DNA of 64,000 nt from positions 800,001 to 864,000 of the forward strand of contig OY970368.1 of NCBI GenBank assembly GCA_963718615.1, written 5' to 3'. Position numbers and translations under genes: made by a program. This document shows, in pieces, positions 8,401 to 16,689 of the stretch; the stretch's first letter is position 1; every line of letters begins with the position of its first letter. Source of the stretch: an uncultured cyanobacterium. Lineage in GTDB: Bacteria; Cyanobacteriota; Cyanobacteriia; PCC-9006; JAAUQQ01. The notes below the pieces were generated by a model. The model ran no database searches and was not told where the DNA came from. It was given only the letters and a program-made list of their open reading frames with translations.

Positions 8401-11118
8401 CTGCAACTCACCCGCTTCTACCCACTCGCTATACTGCGCTTTTTGCGTTTGAGCTGAAACTTTAAGGAGTTGATGATTGGCGGTCAAACGAAGCTCGAAA
8501 CCCTCCTGGGTTTGCAGCCGCACAACAGACTTTGTACCGCTATAAAAGAAGCCCTCAGCGGTTGTGCTAAACAGTTCGCCATTGATATAGGTACTGTGCT
8601 GCACTCCCAGTAGATCTTTGACCTGACGGGGACCATGTTCCGTATGCACCCAAGTGTCGGCGGTGACGCAGGGGTTCAAACCATAGCGCTGGAAGCGATG
8701 CTCTAGTTCCTGGTCACTCATTTCAGGTCGATATTGTCTGATCCAGGTTTTGGCTTCTTCGATACCGAGCTCGTCGTAGATGCCCAAAAATTCTTGCTTG
8801 AGATCTGGGTGGGTCAGGAGGTCGGCGTTGGCACGGGCGATCGCCTCGGGCGCATACTGAATTGCCCCTTCCCCAGAGTAAAACTGCTTCCGTACAGCTT
8901 CAAAGGTTTCTTCCTTCGTGGGTTTCCGATGAAACACCCGCGTATGATTCGCCATTCTCAAGGCATCCCGCTCGGGGTCAATGCGCCAGTTGCCCTGGGC
9001 GTCCTGCTGCCAAAGATTTTCCTTGGCACCTGCCGCGCCTTGATCATTGCTATCAAATTGACGCATACCCGCACTATTGTGCGTCAAATAGCCATCGCAA
9101 TAGAAACAATGGGCTTCTTCTACCTCAATATCATAGGTTTTCACATGGTCATGGCTCCCGAGTGCTTGCATCGTGACCGGAATATCTAGATCGAGACTGG
9201 ACTGGGCTACATAACGTTCATAGTTGCTATCTGTTGTGCGTGAGCCTTCAAATCCCATACCTCGCATTTCACTGTAGGTATAGGCTTCGCGCATCATTGC
9301 CCCCGTAAAGGTAAAGCCGTGGGCTTTTAAGCCCTGCCGGAGTGAACCTTTGACCGAATGGGGGGCAATTAAAGCGTTGTAACGGTCCTTGAGTGCCGGA
9401 AGCTTGAGATTGTATTTGAGTTGCCAATGGGATTTTTCTGGACGCGTGATTGAAATTCGACCTGCAATCCCTAAGCTGGATAGTAATGCCGTGACTTGAC
9501 GGACAAAGTCTCGATAAACAGAGGTTAATAAATGGGGAGGGCGGTTATTGACTGCACCATCACTATCCATCAAGCCTGCTAAATAAGCAGCACGCACATC
9601 CACTGAACCTTGCAAGATAAAACTTGGAATCGTTAAGGGCTGTTTTGGCTGCTTGATGTATTGATGAAAATACTCAGCCAATCGTATAGAAGAACAGATG
9701 GCCTTGGCTGTATTCTCCCCCTTAACCGTGCCATGGCTTGCCCTCAGCCCAAACAGTTCTAGGGCAATATCAATTTTGTTCTGAAGTTGCGGTAATAGAT
9801 CAAAATCATGACCATTCATCGCCCATTCCACCCGACCATAGGGCTTATCGTGCTTATTTCGGCCTAAAGCAACATAGCCATCACCATGGGTAAAGCCAAT
9901 CAACCAGGCAACCTCAGGCGTTAAGGGTGGAATTCTGAGGGGCTTAATCGTCCGACTTTGTTCGGGACGAGCTTGGGTAAAGTCTGGGGGAAGTTCCGTG
10001 ACCGTACCGGGGAGAATCGTGCAGTTGTGCAGGAGGCGATCGCCCTCAACCAATTCCCCAACCCGCTTCCACTGAACCGTTCCTGTCGCATCGCCATAAA
10101 CCGCCATGCGATGATTCAACGTGGCCCGAGGCGAGGGTCCATTGGTTTCAATTTCATGAACCTCCTGGAAGCCTTGATCAAACTTATCGAGGACGCGACG
10201 AAATCCGAGGGGCGTTTGGACGCGATCGCCCACCTGAATTTCTCTGATGGGCACCAATCCATGGTCGGTATGAACCAACGCATCTTCGGGTAAACAGCGC
10301 CGAATATTGCCTGCAACGATTGTTACTGCTGCTTCGTCAATCAGCAAACAGCATTCCACCGAATTGAGCTGCCGCCCGATCGCCTGATTCAAAATCCGAG
10401 CCACCCGCGCATACATATCCGGCAGCTTCACCGGGTTGGCCATGCCCCCAAATCCCTTGAGCGTTTCCCCCGCAGGACGGACATCGCTCATGTCCACCAG
10501 AACCTCAACCGCACCCTCAAAGCGCTCGTCGCTGCACAATTCCAGGAGCGTTTGGTAAGACTTCACCCAACCGTGACGGCTATCGCCCACATGGATCACG
10601 ACCTGGTTGCCGTTAACAATGACTTCCGTTTCTTCCCGGCGTTGGAGGGCAGGGGTAACGCCTACTTCCCCTTGGACCTTGAGCGCAATGGGGTTACGAA
10701 CCGGCGGCAATTGCTCAATGTACTTTGGCTCCAGCACCGCGCCCGTGCCGCAACCCATCATCGCCAGATCCATCATCAGGGCAAAGGCCCGCCAATCCGT
10801 GACATTGGTGGAGGTGCAGTTATAGCCCCCGGAGAAATTCTGGCGCTGCTCAATCCAGTTCGTGCCGCCGATCCAGAGCCAGCGCCCCGACGTCAGGGTT
10901 TTCAGCTCCCGCTGCATGCGGCTGATCAGCGCTTCTTCCTGGGAGGTGAGCTGGCCGAGCTGGGCGATCCCGGCGACGGTGCGATCGCACACCTGCTCCC
11001 AGCTTTCCCGTCCCGCCTCCGTTTGACGGCTATAGGTCCGGAAAAATACCGGATTGGCGGCAGGGGCTGAGGGGGGAAAGTCAGCGACGGTAGAGCGGCG
11101 AAAAATTTCTTGGACCAT
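5404..11118 (-). CDS. nrdJ: Class II (adenosylcobalamin-dependent) ribonucleotide reductase NrdJ precursor with three inteins (spliced protein about 767 aa)
   Basis: Exteins NPVFFRTYSR, YNCTS, VAGNIRR|SAG, GLNP|CGEI, CNLSEVH, TTVQPAG|TKSLL and C-terminal GPAGCDSDKC. 1904 aa minus 407+346+384 intein residues = 767 aa. Confidence 0.96.
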   Translation of the reverse strand: MVQEIFRRSTVADFPPSAPAANPVFFRTYSRQTEAGRESWEQVCDRTVAGIAQLGQLTSQEEALISRMQRELKTLTSGRWLWIGGTNWIEQRQNFSGGYNCTSTNVTDWRAFALMMDLAMMGCGTGAVLEPKYIEQLPPVRNPIALKVQGEVGVTPALQRREETEVIVNGNQVVIHVGDSRHGWVKSYQTLLELCSDERFEGAVEVLVDMSDVRPAGETLKGFGGMANPVKLPDMYARVARILNQAIGRQLNSVECCLLIDEAAVTIVAGNIRRCLPEDALVHTDHGLVPIREIQVGDRVQTPLGFRRVLDKFDQGFQEVHEIETNGPSPRATLNHRMAVYGDATGTVQWKRVGELVEGDRLLHNCTILPGTVTELPPDFTQARPEQSRTIKPLRIPPLTPEVAWLIGFTHGDGYVALGRNKHDKPYGRVEWAMNGHDFDLLPQLQNKIDIALELFGLRASHGTVKGENTAKAICSSIRLAEYFHQYIKQPKQPLTIPSFILQGSVDVRAAYLAGLMDSDGAVNNRPPHLLTSVYRDFVRQVTALLSSLGIAGRISITRPEKSHWQLKYNLKLPALKDRYNALIAPHSVKGSLRQGLKAHGFTFTGAMMREAYTYSEMRGMGFEGSRTTDSNYERYVAQSSLDLDIPVTMQALGSHDHVKTYDIEVEEAHCFYCDGYLTHNSAGMRQFDSNDQGAAGAKENLWQQDAQGNWRIDPERDALRMANHTRVFHRKPTKEETFEAVRKQFYSGEGAIQYAPEAIARANADLLTHPDLKQEFLGIYDELGIEEAKTWIRQYRPEMSDQELEHRFQRYGLNPCVTADTWVHTEHGPRQVKDLLGVQHSTYINGELFSTTAEGFFYSGTKSVVRLQTQEGFELRLTANHQLLKVSAQTQKAQYSEWVEAGELQVGDRVLIHNHRGLQPWIGKGSEEEGWLLGSLVGDGSLADNITAQNRQVVLRYWGESQVEMAAQALERLEETQLSVGQVAVYHKRNGYLQVASANLRKLADEYGIVRGHKTITAAVEQTSYEFYQGFLRGLFDADGSVQGQQQKGVSIRLAQSNLPLLQAAQRMLLRLGIASTIDQAQHELVISNDNIQVFAELIGFSEPQKSERLSELLGSYRRQPNRERFAVRVKAIAPAGIEPVYDCTVPGPARFDANGFVAHNCGEIIGANFHCNLSEVHLNQLDPNNEQDQVDAFRAGALSVAALLNHQFIEDRYRESRELDPIVGVSFTGLFDFFVHALGTPWLEWWVEGRPETEQGLGFKAKEAAYLNRWREVVHSTIWDYCDRHNLHRPNRCTTVQPAGCLDRTALRIFDQGLLYADEIIEPGSGETEGLDLSVRGGIAADTAIANQPLRLIKVTLKNGRILRMTPNHRLSIQGQWVRADELQTGLDIDYSIGEYKKQEDALLLSLDPLQYSREERKQQVGHGRGVLTQEILTPTTLNPEIGYFLGCLLGDGAMSEGKCRIRFAFNAEEADLVERLQAIAQRWFGITGTVHYDPRNHNSRGELVFASRQLFDWLQLNRLGKTRSTELDRIPQAIRRSSQQTILSFFCGLIDTDGCVRKQGALSIDSASEAFIRNLQQVGEAVGLCCSIFHNTQGENLQGTKNMWGLCLSRMLSSVDALAYLNAHSRKCGLRPLFEPKRQFAFHPYRVEAIAFETVPDYSYDFAVAGVDDDDSWYWQGALKSHNTKSLLTGASSGWHPPKAQRFIRRITFRKNDPVAMACIDYGYQVVPSQSDKDEHGNLLNDPFDPRCTEWLVEIPTEVSWANLPGADTIDISQFSALAQFDFYMQVQKHYTTHNTSATVELREAEIEPLAERIYRCIETDEGYMSAALLARFDDLQTFPRLPFEPIDKQTYEQMLLAVKQRRDTADFLAALKRYDSGPMMEAGPAGCDSDKCLLPEKQPE
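6061..7212 (-). mobile_element. Intein 3 in NrdJ (384 aa, LAGLIDADG)
   Basis: Starts CLDRTALRIF after VQPAG; ends LKSHN followed by Thr. Internal YFLGCLLGDG and FFCGLIDTDG motifs. Confidence 0.95.
7633..8670 (-). mobile_element. Intein 2 in NrdJ (346 aa, LAGLIDADG), inserted in the catalytic NPCGE motif
   Basis: Starts CVTADTWVHT after GLNP; ends FVAHN followed by Cys of CGEI. Internal WLLGSLVGDG and FLRGLFDADG motifs. Confidence 0.95.
9076..10296 (-). mobile_element. Intein 1 in NrdJ (407 aa, LAGLIDADG homing endonuclease domain)
   Basis: Starts CLPEDALVHT after GNIRR; ends YLTHN followed by Ser. Internal WLIGFTHGDG and YLAGLMDSDG motifs. Confidence 0.95.
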
Positions 11119-11249
11119 GTCTCTTCTTGAAGGCTCAATGCCCTAATCAATGGAAAGCCCCCACGGATCGAGCCAAGCGCGATCGCTGCGGGGGAGGAAA
11201 ATGCTGGCGAGAGTTTCAGGAATCATTCTCGAACCTTTCCTACTGTAGA

Positions 11250-11307
11250 ACATGATATCTGGCGGGTAAACCCGTCTCTTTAAGAAATAAAACGCTATAT
11301 CTAGGGC
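11250..11307. promoter_or_regulatory. Tandem NrdR boxes upstream of nrdJ
   Basis: ACATGATATCTGGCGG (11250) and ACGCTATATCTAGGGC (11292) resemble the NrdR consensus acaCwAtATaTwGtgt. They are 42 bp apart (four helical turns). Confidence 0.75.
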
Positions 11308-11489
11308 TGTAACAAATTCCCAACCAATACCTAAGGAATTTCCAGGAAACTCCCAAGGAATTTCCTAGGACGGATAGGAAATTTGCGTTAAATCATGTAT
11401 GCAAGGCCACATTTGTCCAGGGGGAGTGACATAGAATATAAATATCTCGATGGATTCATTTAGATTTCTTGATTTGGGAGGAGCGTTTT

Positions 11490-11684
11490 ATGTTAGTGCT
11501 CTTGACCAAAGACCACGTCATTCCCACCCAGCAGGTGTGTCAATCCTGTATGTTCGCTAGCCAAGCGGGTCAACCCCGCTGGCGAGACGGTCACCTCACC
11601 TGTGGCCAAACACGCAAGGCAACGCTAACCCATGGCCAGCGGCAAGAATGTCCCATGGGATTTCGGGTGGTCGAAGTGGAATGA
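11490..11684 (+). CDS. Small Cys-containing conserved cyanobacterial hypothetical protein (64 aa)
   Basis: GGAGG RBS before ATG 11490; CQSC...C...CPMGFRV pattern. Confidence 0.7.
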   Translation: MLVLLTKDHVIPTQQVCQSCMFASQAGQPRWRDGHLTCGQTRKATLTHGQRQECPMGFRVVEVE

Positions 11685-11756
11685 GCCCCAGGCTGGGTGC
11701 GCTATCCTAGGAAGGCACGAAGCTATTTAATTTCAGCCTCACCAGGAGAGTTCAGC

Positions 11757-12260
11757 ATGGCATGGCGCGGATCTAGCACCATTCAGGATCGGGTTTTTGG
11801 CGGTCTTCCTTATCTGCTGCCATTGATCGACGTGATTGCTTTGGGGTTTGGCAATTTTCTCTTTCGCCAGGTGCCGCTGTTGGGAGCGATTCTTCTTACC
11901 CCTCTGGCCCCTCTCATCTTGCTCTATCGCGGCATTCCCTTCGTGGGCCTGATTATTTTCTTTGCGTTGTTTATGCTGGTGATCCGCAACGAGAACATCT
12001 CGCATTTCATCCGCTTCAACACCATGCAGGCGATTTTGATTGATATTGTCCTGTTCCTTTGCAACGTGGTCGACACCTATCTGCTGGGACCGACCCTGGG
12101 TAAAGCCGGTGGAGCCAGCTTCTTGATCGAAGTGCTCTACAACGTGATTTTCCTCGGAACACTGGCTGCGGTGGCCTACTGCGTCGTTCAGGTGGTGCGC
12201 GGACTCTATCCCGACAAGATTCCGAGTCTATCTGAGATCGTGGCCATGCAGGTGCGCTAA
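11757..12260 (+). CDS. Tic20/Ycf60 family membrane protein
   Basis: MAWRGS...DRVFGGLPYLLPL and ISHFIRFNTMQAILIDI motifs; AGGAG RBS. Confidence 0.92.
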   Translation: MAWRGSSTIQDRVFGGLPYLLPLIDVIALGFGNFLFRQVPLLGAILLTPLAPLILLYRGIPFVGLIIFFALFMLVIRNENISHFIRFNTMQAILIDIVLFLCNVVDTYLLGPTLGKAGGASFLIEVLYNVIFLGTLAAVAYCVVQVVRGLYPDKIPSLSEIVAMQVR

Positions 12261-12286
12261 AGCTCTACCCTCGCCCGATCGTCCCT

Positions 12287-13078
12287 TCAGACGGTGGGGG
12301 GTTTGCGAGCAATGACGGGATTGGCGAGGCGTCCAATGCCTTCAATCTCGATTTGGACGCGATCGCCCACCTGCAAAGGTCCCACCCCCTCCGGTGTGCC
12401 GGTCAAAACCACATCCCCCGGCATGAGGGTCATGATCTGGCTAATATAGGCAACCAGGACCTCGGGTTTATAAACCATTTGTTGGATGCTGGCGGATTGA
12501 ACGGGTTTAGGCTCGTCATTGTGAAAGGTCTGAATCGTGGCACCGGGAGAAATTTCGCGCACGATCCAAGGGCCAAGGGGACAAAAAGAATCAAACCCTT
12601 TCGCCTGGGACCAAGGGCCTGGGCTGGCCCGCTGGAGATCGCGGGCGGTGACATCATTGGCGATGGTATAGCCCCAAATTTTGCTGAGGGCTTCTTCTGG
12701 AGAGCAGTTGAGACAGCGATCGCCGATCACCAACGCCAGTTCCCCTTCATAATCCACCCGCTGAGATTGAGGGGGATAGAGGATGGGTGCTTGGTCCGCA
12801 ATAATGGCGCTGGGCGGCTTGAGAAACAGTAGCGGTTCTTTGGGAACGGCGGATTCCATCTCTGCGGCATGGGCGGCATAGTTTTTGCCAATGGCCACGA
12901 TTTTGGAAGGCGCACAGGGGGCCAACAGGCTATAGCGATCTGGTTCTAGGACGAGATCCGTGGGCTGACCCTGGAGCCAGGGCGGCGCATCGAGCACTTG
13001 GACGGTGCGGTTGAGGTGAAGGATACCGTAGTAAGTGGTCCCTTCTGGAGTACACACCCGGACATAGCGAGTCGCCAT
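12287..13078 (-). CDS. Fumarylacetoacetate hydrolase family protein
   Basis: KIVAIGKNYAAH, DYEGELA, NDVTARDLQ, KGFDSFCPLGP and GDVVLTGTPEGVG motifs. Confidence 0.95.
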   Translation of the reverse strand: MATRYVRVCTPEGTTYYGILHLNRTVQVLDAPPWLQGQPTDLVLEPDRYSLLAPCAPSKIVAIGKNYAAHAAEMESAVPKEPLLFLKPPSAIIADQAPILYPPQSQRVDYEGELALVIGDRCLNCSPEEALSKIWGYTIANDVTARDLQRASPGPWSQAKGFDSFCPLGPWIVREISPGATIQTFHNDEPKPVQSASIQQMVYKPEVLVAYISQIMTLMPGDVVLTGTPEGVGPLQVGDRVQIEIEGIGRLANPVIARKPPTV

Positions 13079-13172
13079 AAAAATCTATGTGAGTTGGCGG
13101 AAACTGATCTAAGATTGTAAAGCCTTGCTTCTTGTAGCGTGCAAGAGGCCATATCGTCCAGAGGGATCTTTA

Positions 13173-13490
13173 ATGAAAGACTTTGTTTACGAAACGATGT
13201 ATGTCCTTCGTCCGGATTTGGGTGAAGAAGAGGTTGAGAACCTGATCACCAAATACCAGGACATCCTCAAGGAAGGGGGTGCGGATATGCTAGAAACTCA
13301 ACATCGGGGCAAGCGCCGTCTGGCTTACACGATTAATAAGAAGCGGGAAGGGATTTATATTCAGATGAACTATAAGGCTCCGGGGGCGGCGATCGCTCCC
13401 CTCGAACGGGCCATGCGTCTGAGCGAAGATGTGATTCGTTATCTGACGGTGAAGCAAGAGGTTCGGGCTCCGGAACCTGTGGAAGTCTAA
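13173..13490 (+). CDS. rpsF: 30S ribosomal protein S6
   Basis: [11 protein letters not shown]...GKRRLAYTI...EGIYIQMNY...LSEDVIRYL. Confidence 0.97.
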   Translation: MKDFVYETMYVLRPDLGEEEVENLITKYQDILKEGGADMLETQHRGKRRLAYTINKKREGIYIQMNYKAPGAAIAPLERAMRLSEDVIRYLTVKQEVRAPEPVEV

Positions 13491-13542
13491 CCGCAAGCAC
13501 CGCTAAGGGATCCGCAGTATTCAGTTGCGATTTCATCACTAG

Positions 13543-13576
13543 ACGCCTTCGGAATTTTCCGGGGGCGTTTTGTTTT
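13543..13576 (+). terminator. Intrinsic terminator after rpsF
   Basis: Stem ACGCCTTCGGAA / TTCCGGGGGCGT followed by a T-rich tract. Confidence 0.75.
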
Positions 13577-13654
13577 GCATCCTCCAGCCTTCTCTGCGCC
13601 ACCAGACATCTGGGTGTCCTGGGCTAGAATGAGCTAGCGCTAGGATGAGACTCT

Positions 13655-13785
13655 ATGGAAGATCAGCATTTTGTTCAGTTTCAGCTTGAGGATGGCGATG
13701 GGGAGGTCATTTTTATCCAGGTGGCGGAGTCTGAGGGCAACGGGATTGAGCGTGCGTCTTCAGCTTCAGGCCGTAGGTTTGTTAA
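13655..13785 (+). pseudogene. 5' fragment of a CU044_2847/Trypco1-like protein, cut by IS
   Basis: MEDQHFVQFQLEDGDGEVIFIQVAESEGNGIERAS resembles the N-terminus of the intact family member at 54773-55240. The ORF runs into the IS end. Confidence 0.65.
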
Positions 13786-15049
13786 CTCAGATCTTGTAGC
13801 ATTCTTGATAAGCCGGTTCAGGCAGCGGAGCAAGGACAATCTGAAAGCCTTGTAGAGCGGCAATTTCGCGGTGAATTCGGATTTGTCGTAGCACCTGTAG
13901 CCAGAGACGGTCGGGAAGCAAGGTTTCCATGGCCAAGCGAGCCGTTTTTCTCCAGTCCAAAACCGAGGGGCTATGCCATCGGTGAATCCAATGGGTCAAG
14001 AGATAGGCGAGGCAGGAGAGAATCAGCCAGCGATAGACTCCCAAGGGTGTGGATTGACCAAAACAGTGCAAGCCAAAACGATGTTTTACGGTTTTGAAAA
14101 AGCCCTCTATGGCCCAGCGCTGGCGACCGAGACGAACGAGATAGGTCCCCGAATAGGGGTAGGTAGAAGCGACAAATCGGAGTTCGCGTTTTCCTTCAGC
14201 CCGCTTGAGCCAAAACCAGGAAACGGTGAGGGGATAAGCCAAGCCTTTCAAGTAAACTTGGCAACCTCGCTTGCGATGGCGATACAAGTCTTTGAGATGA
14301 CGACCATCTTGAAGGGTGCGATTGTGGCGCACCCCCACCACGGCGTGCCAACGGCGTGCCCGCACGGCGGCGAGAAAGTCGATCGTGCCAAATTCAGTAT
14401 CAGCCTGGACAATCACGCTCCTTCCCTGAGTCACAGACTTGGGAAGCGTGGCCAACAACTGACCAGCCAATTGAACCGGACTTGGGTGCCCTTTCCCACG
14501 CCAGATGCGAAACCCCCAAGGGACGCGCCATTGGCCTAGAACCAGATACAACATAACCAGATGCAATCCCCGCTTCTGATTGAGCATCCTCACCCAGGGG
14601 TCAGGGGAAGTCGTCTCGTCGGTGACGGTACTCAAGTGCTGAAACTTGCCGATTTTGGGCAAGGTGGTCAAATCGAGCAAGAGCTTCAGCGGAGCGTTGG
14701 GATGGGGCCGATGCTGGGCCAATTGCGCCACAACCGCGCGGCGACTGATCCGAATCACCTGGCGAGTTGGCCAAGAGTAGTGATTGAGAAATCGACTCAG
14801 GGAGCTGGCTGACTTGATCTGGGTATGAGCTGGCAAGGCGTGGCCATCGGGAGCCAGAAACAGAGCGAAAATCGCCTTGAGACTATCGTTTTGATAGATG
14901 CTAGGCATCAGACAAAGGAGACTACACACTAGCCCTTGAGCGTGTTGAAGAATGGTTTCCATGACCGTCTTCTGATTTTTTTGCTACGCCCTTTCTTACA
15001 GATTTTCTTCCATTAGGCAAGCATTAATGAGATTGGTGCAAGATCTCAG
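13786..15049 (-). mobile_element. DDE insertion sequence (IS701/IS4-like, family uncertain)
   Basis: Inverted ends CTCAGATCTTGTA (13786-13798) and TGCAAGATCTCAG (15037-15049), 11/13 match. No TSD. Confidence 0.8.
13787..14962 (-). CDS. DDE transposase
   Basis: LLLDLTTL (D), VQADTEFG (D) and RWAIEGFFKTVKHRFGL (E) motifs. Confidence 0.92.
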   Translation of the reverse strand: METILQHAQGLVCSLLCLMPSIYQNDSLKAIFALFLAPDGHALPAHTQIKSASSLSRFLNHYSWPTRQVIRISRRAVVAQLAQHRPHPNAPLKLLLDLTTLPKIGKFQHLSTVTDETTSPDPWVRMLNQKRGLHLVMLYLVLGQWRVPWGFRIWRGKGHPSPVQLAGQLLATLPKSVTQGRSVIVQADTEFGTIDFLAAVRARRWHAVVGVRHNRTLQDGRHLKDLYRHRKRGCQVYLKGLAYPLTVSWFWLKRAEGKRELRFVASTYPYSGTYLVRLGRQRWAIEGFFKTVKHRFGLHCFGQSTPLGVYRWLILSCLAYLLTHWIHRWHSPSVLDWRKTARLAMETLLPDRLWLQVLRQIRIHREIAALQGFQIVLAPLPEPAYQECYKI

Positions 15050-15218
15050 ATATCCCTTTGAAGTCCCTCTGCCGCCTGAGTTGCAGACTCAAGGTGTGGT
15101 TCTTGCCGATCAAATTAAGTGTCTGGACTGGAAATCCCGTAGCGTTCAGTTTGTTGAGTCTGTTCAAGCAAGTGTTGTTGAAGAAGTACAGGCAAAGATC
15201 GAGCCATTGCTTCTGTAG
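15050..15218 (+). pseudogene. 3' half of a MazF/PemK toxin gene
   Basis: YPFEVPLP...GVVLADQIKCLDWKSR is the MazF C-terminal half. The N-terminal half and any antitoxin are absent beyond the IS end. Confidence 0.85.
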
Positions 15219-15344
15219 CAACCAAGCAATCACTCGTAGTTGCCCCAGCTAACTTCACCGTTAGCTAGCTTCGGTTATGGGTTGGGGCAGTACAGTTAAG
15301 CCATCTGTGCAGTGTTCGGCATCAGGTAAGTGGTAATATAGTTT

Positions 15345-15476
15345 ATGAACTTCGATCAAGCTTATTTTGAGGTGCGCTGTGAGTGGGGTGAGAAGGGAAT
15401 TTCGCAGTTAACTCCGATCAGTAGTGATTGTGTTCCTACATTAGCTAATGGAGCTTACACAAATTATGCAAGATAA
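15345..15476 (+). pseudogene. 2-phosphosulfolactate phosphatase (ComB-like) relic with large in-frame internal deletion
   Basis: MNFDQAYFEVRCEWGEKGISQLTPIS (typical N-terminus) joined directly to SDCVPTLANGAYTNYAR* (typical C-terminus). Family recognition is from memory. Confidence 0.6.
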
Positions 15477-15689
15477 TCGGAATAGGGAGAATCCTCACGA
15501 ATCCCCCCTCCCAGTCATGATGGATTATCCATTCTGCAAATAAACTTTTTTGTGAGCATGGCTCGATAAATATAACGACGAAGACGTGCGGATTGCAGTA
15601 GCACTCATTTTCAAAAGTGACTCTCGCGTTCCGATCCCGAAGTCATTCTATTTGGGAACTCTAAGAGCAACCCTTACTTCGAGATCTTC

Positions 15690-16637
15690 ATGGCTACATT
15701 GCTGCTAGAGTTCTGGACCGAAGGCAATGACTTTTTTATCTATGCAGAAATGGATGACTATGAAAAAGAATTAGTCCTTGAAGGGAAAGCGAAAAGCATT
15801 ATTACAAACCTAGAAGCGATTTATGAAATCCTAGAAGAAACACAAGAGCATCGAGAAACAAAATTAGAAAATAGCATAGAGACCTTGAGCCAGCAGCTAA
15901 TTGCACCTTTTGCTCAAGCTTTAACGCGATGTCAGCTAGTCCGTTTTGTAGTAAGCAAAGAGCTAATTCGTTATCCTTTCGATCTGCTGTTATTTGAAGA
16001 AAAGCCGTTGTTCTTACAGCGAAGTATCTGCTACCAAATTGAAGAAGGAGAAGGAGAAGGAGAAGATAATCCTGAAATCGAAATAAAAAGTGCTTTACTC
16101 ATTGCAGATCTAACGGCTGATCCGGAAGAAGCTTGCAAAACAGTCTCGAAGCTGATTCCAGAGTCGAAGTATAAAAAGATGGAAGACTCGAATTTGAGTT
16201 TAATCAAAGATGCTGCGGATAAAATTGATGTCTTAGTTGTAAGTGCTCATGGTGATTTGGATGAAAACAACTCAGGCGGGATTTCAATTAATGATGAAAC
16301 CATTAGCTCCAAACTCATTGCCAAACTTGAAGCTTGGATTGTCTATTTTGACTCTTGTCAACAGGGCTCTAATCTAGACTTTTTGCAAACCTTTCAAGAA
16401 AAAAGCGATACACAATTCTATCTTGCTCCCATCATTAGCAATGATGCGGGTGATTCCTCAACCAAAACCATGATTTGGTTCTTCAAGGCTGTGCTTCAGC
16501 ATGGGAACCCAATTCAAGCCTTGTTTGAAACTCGCAAACGCTTATTTGATTTCTATGCCTTTGAGGAAGAATTAAGCACCATCGCAAGCTTCAATAAGGC
16601 TTTTGCCTTCAGGATCTATGAATTTGTGGAATTATAG
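15690..16637 (+). CDS. Stand-alone CHAT/caspase-like domain protein
   Basis: YPFDLL, DVLVVSAHGD (His-Gly), IVYFDSCQQG (Cys) and ALFETRKRL motifs; very acidic. Confidence 0.6.
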   Translation: MATLLLEFWTEGNDFFIYAEMDDYEKELVLEGKAKSIITNLEAIYEILEETQEHRETKLENSIETLSQQLIAPFAQALTRCQLVRFVVSKELIRYPFDLLLFEEKPLFLQRSICYQIEEGEGEGEDNPEIEIKSALLIADLTADPEEACKTVSKLIPESKYKKMEDSNLSLIKDAADKIDVLVVSAHGDLDENNSGGISINDETISSKLIAKLEAWIVYFDSCQQGSNLDFLQTFQEKSDTQFYLAPIISNDAGDSSTKTMIWFFKAVLQHGNPIQALFETRKRLFDFYAFEEELSTIASFNKAFAFRIYEFVEL

Positions 16638-16689
16638 ACGCAAGATAATGAAAGAATTATGAAAAAATAAAAGCTGGACTACACCAGTA

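Noticed and set aside
11119-11460. Cobalamin riboswitch upstream of nrdJ
   Set aside because: I could not find the conserved B12-box motifs; NrdR boxes explain the region better.
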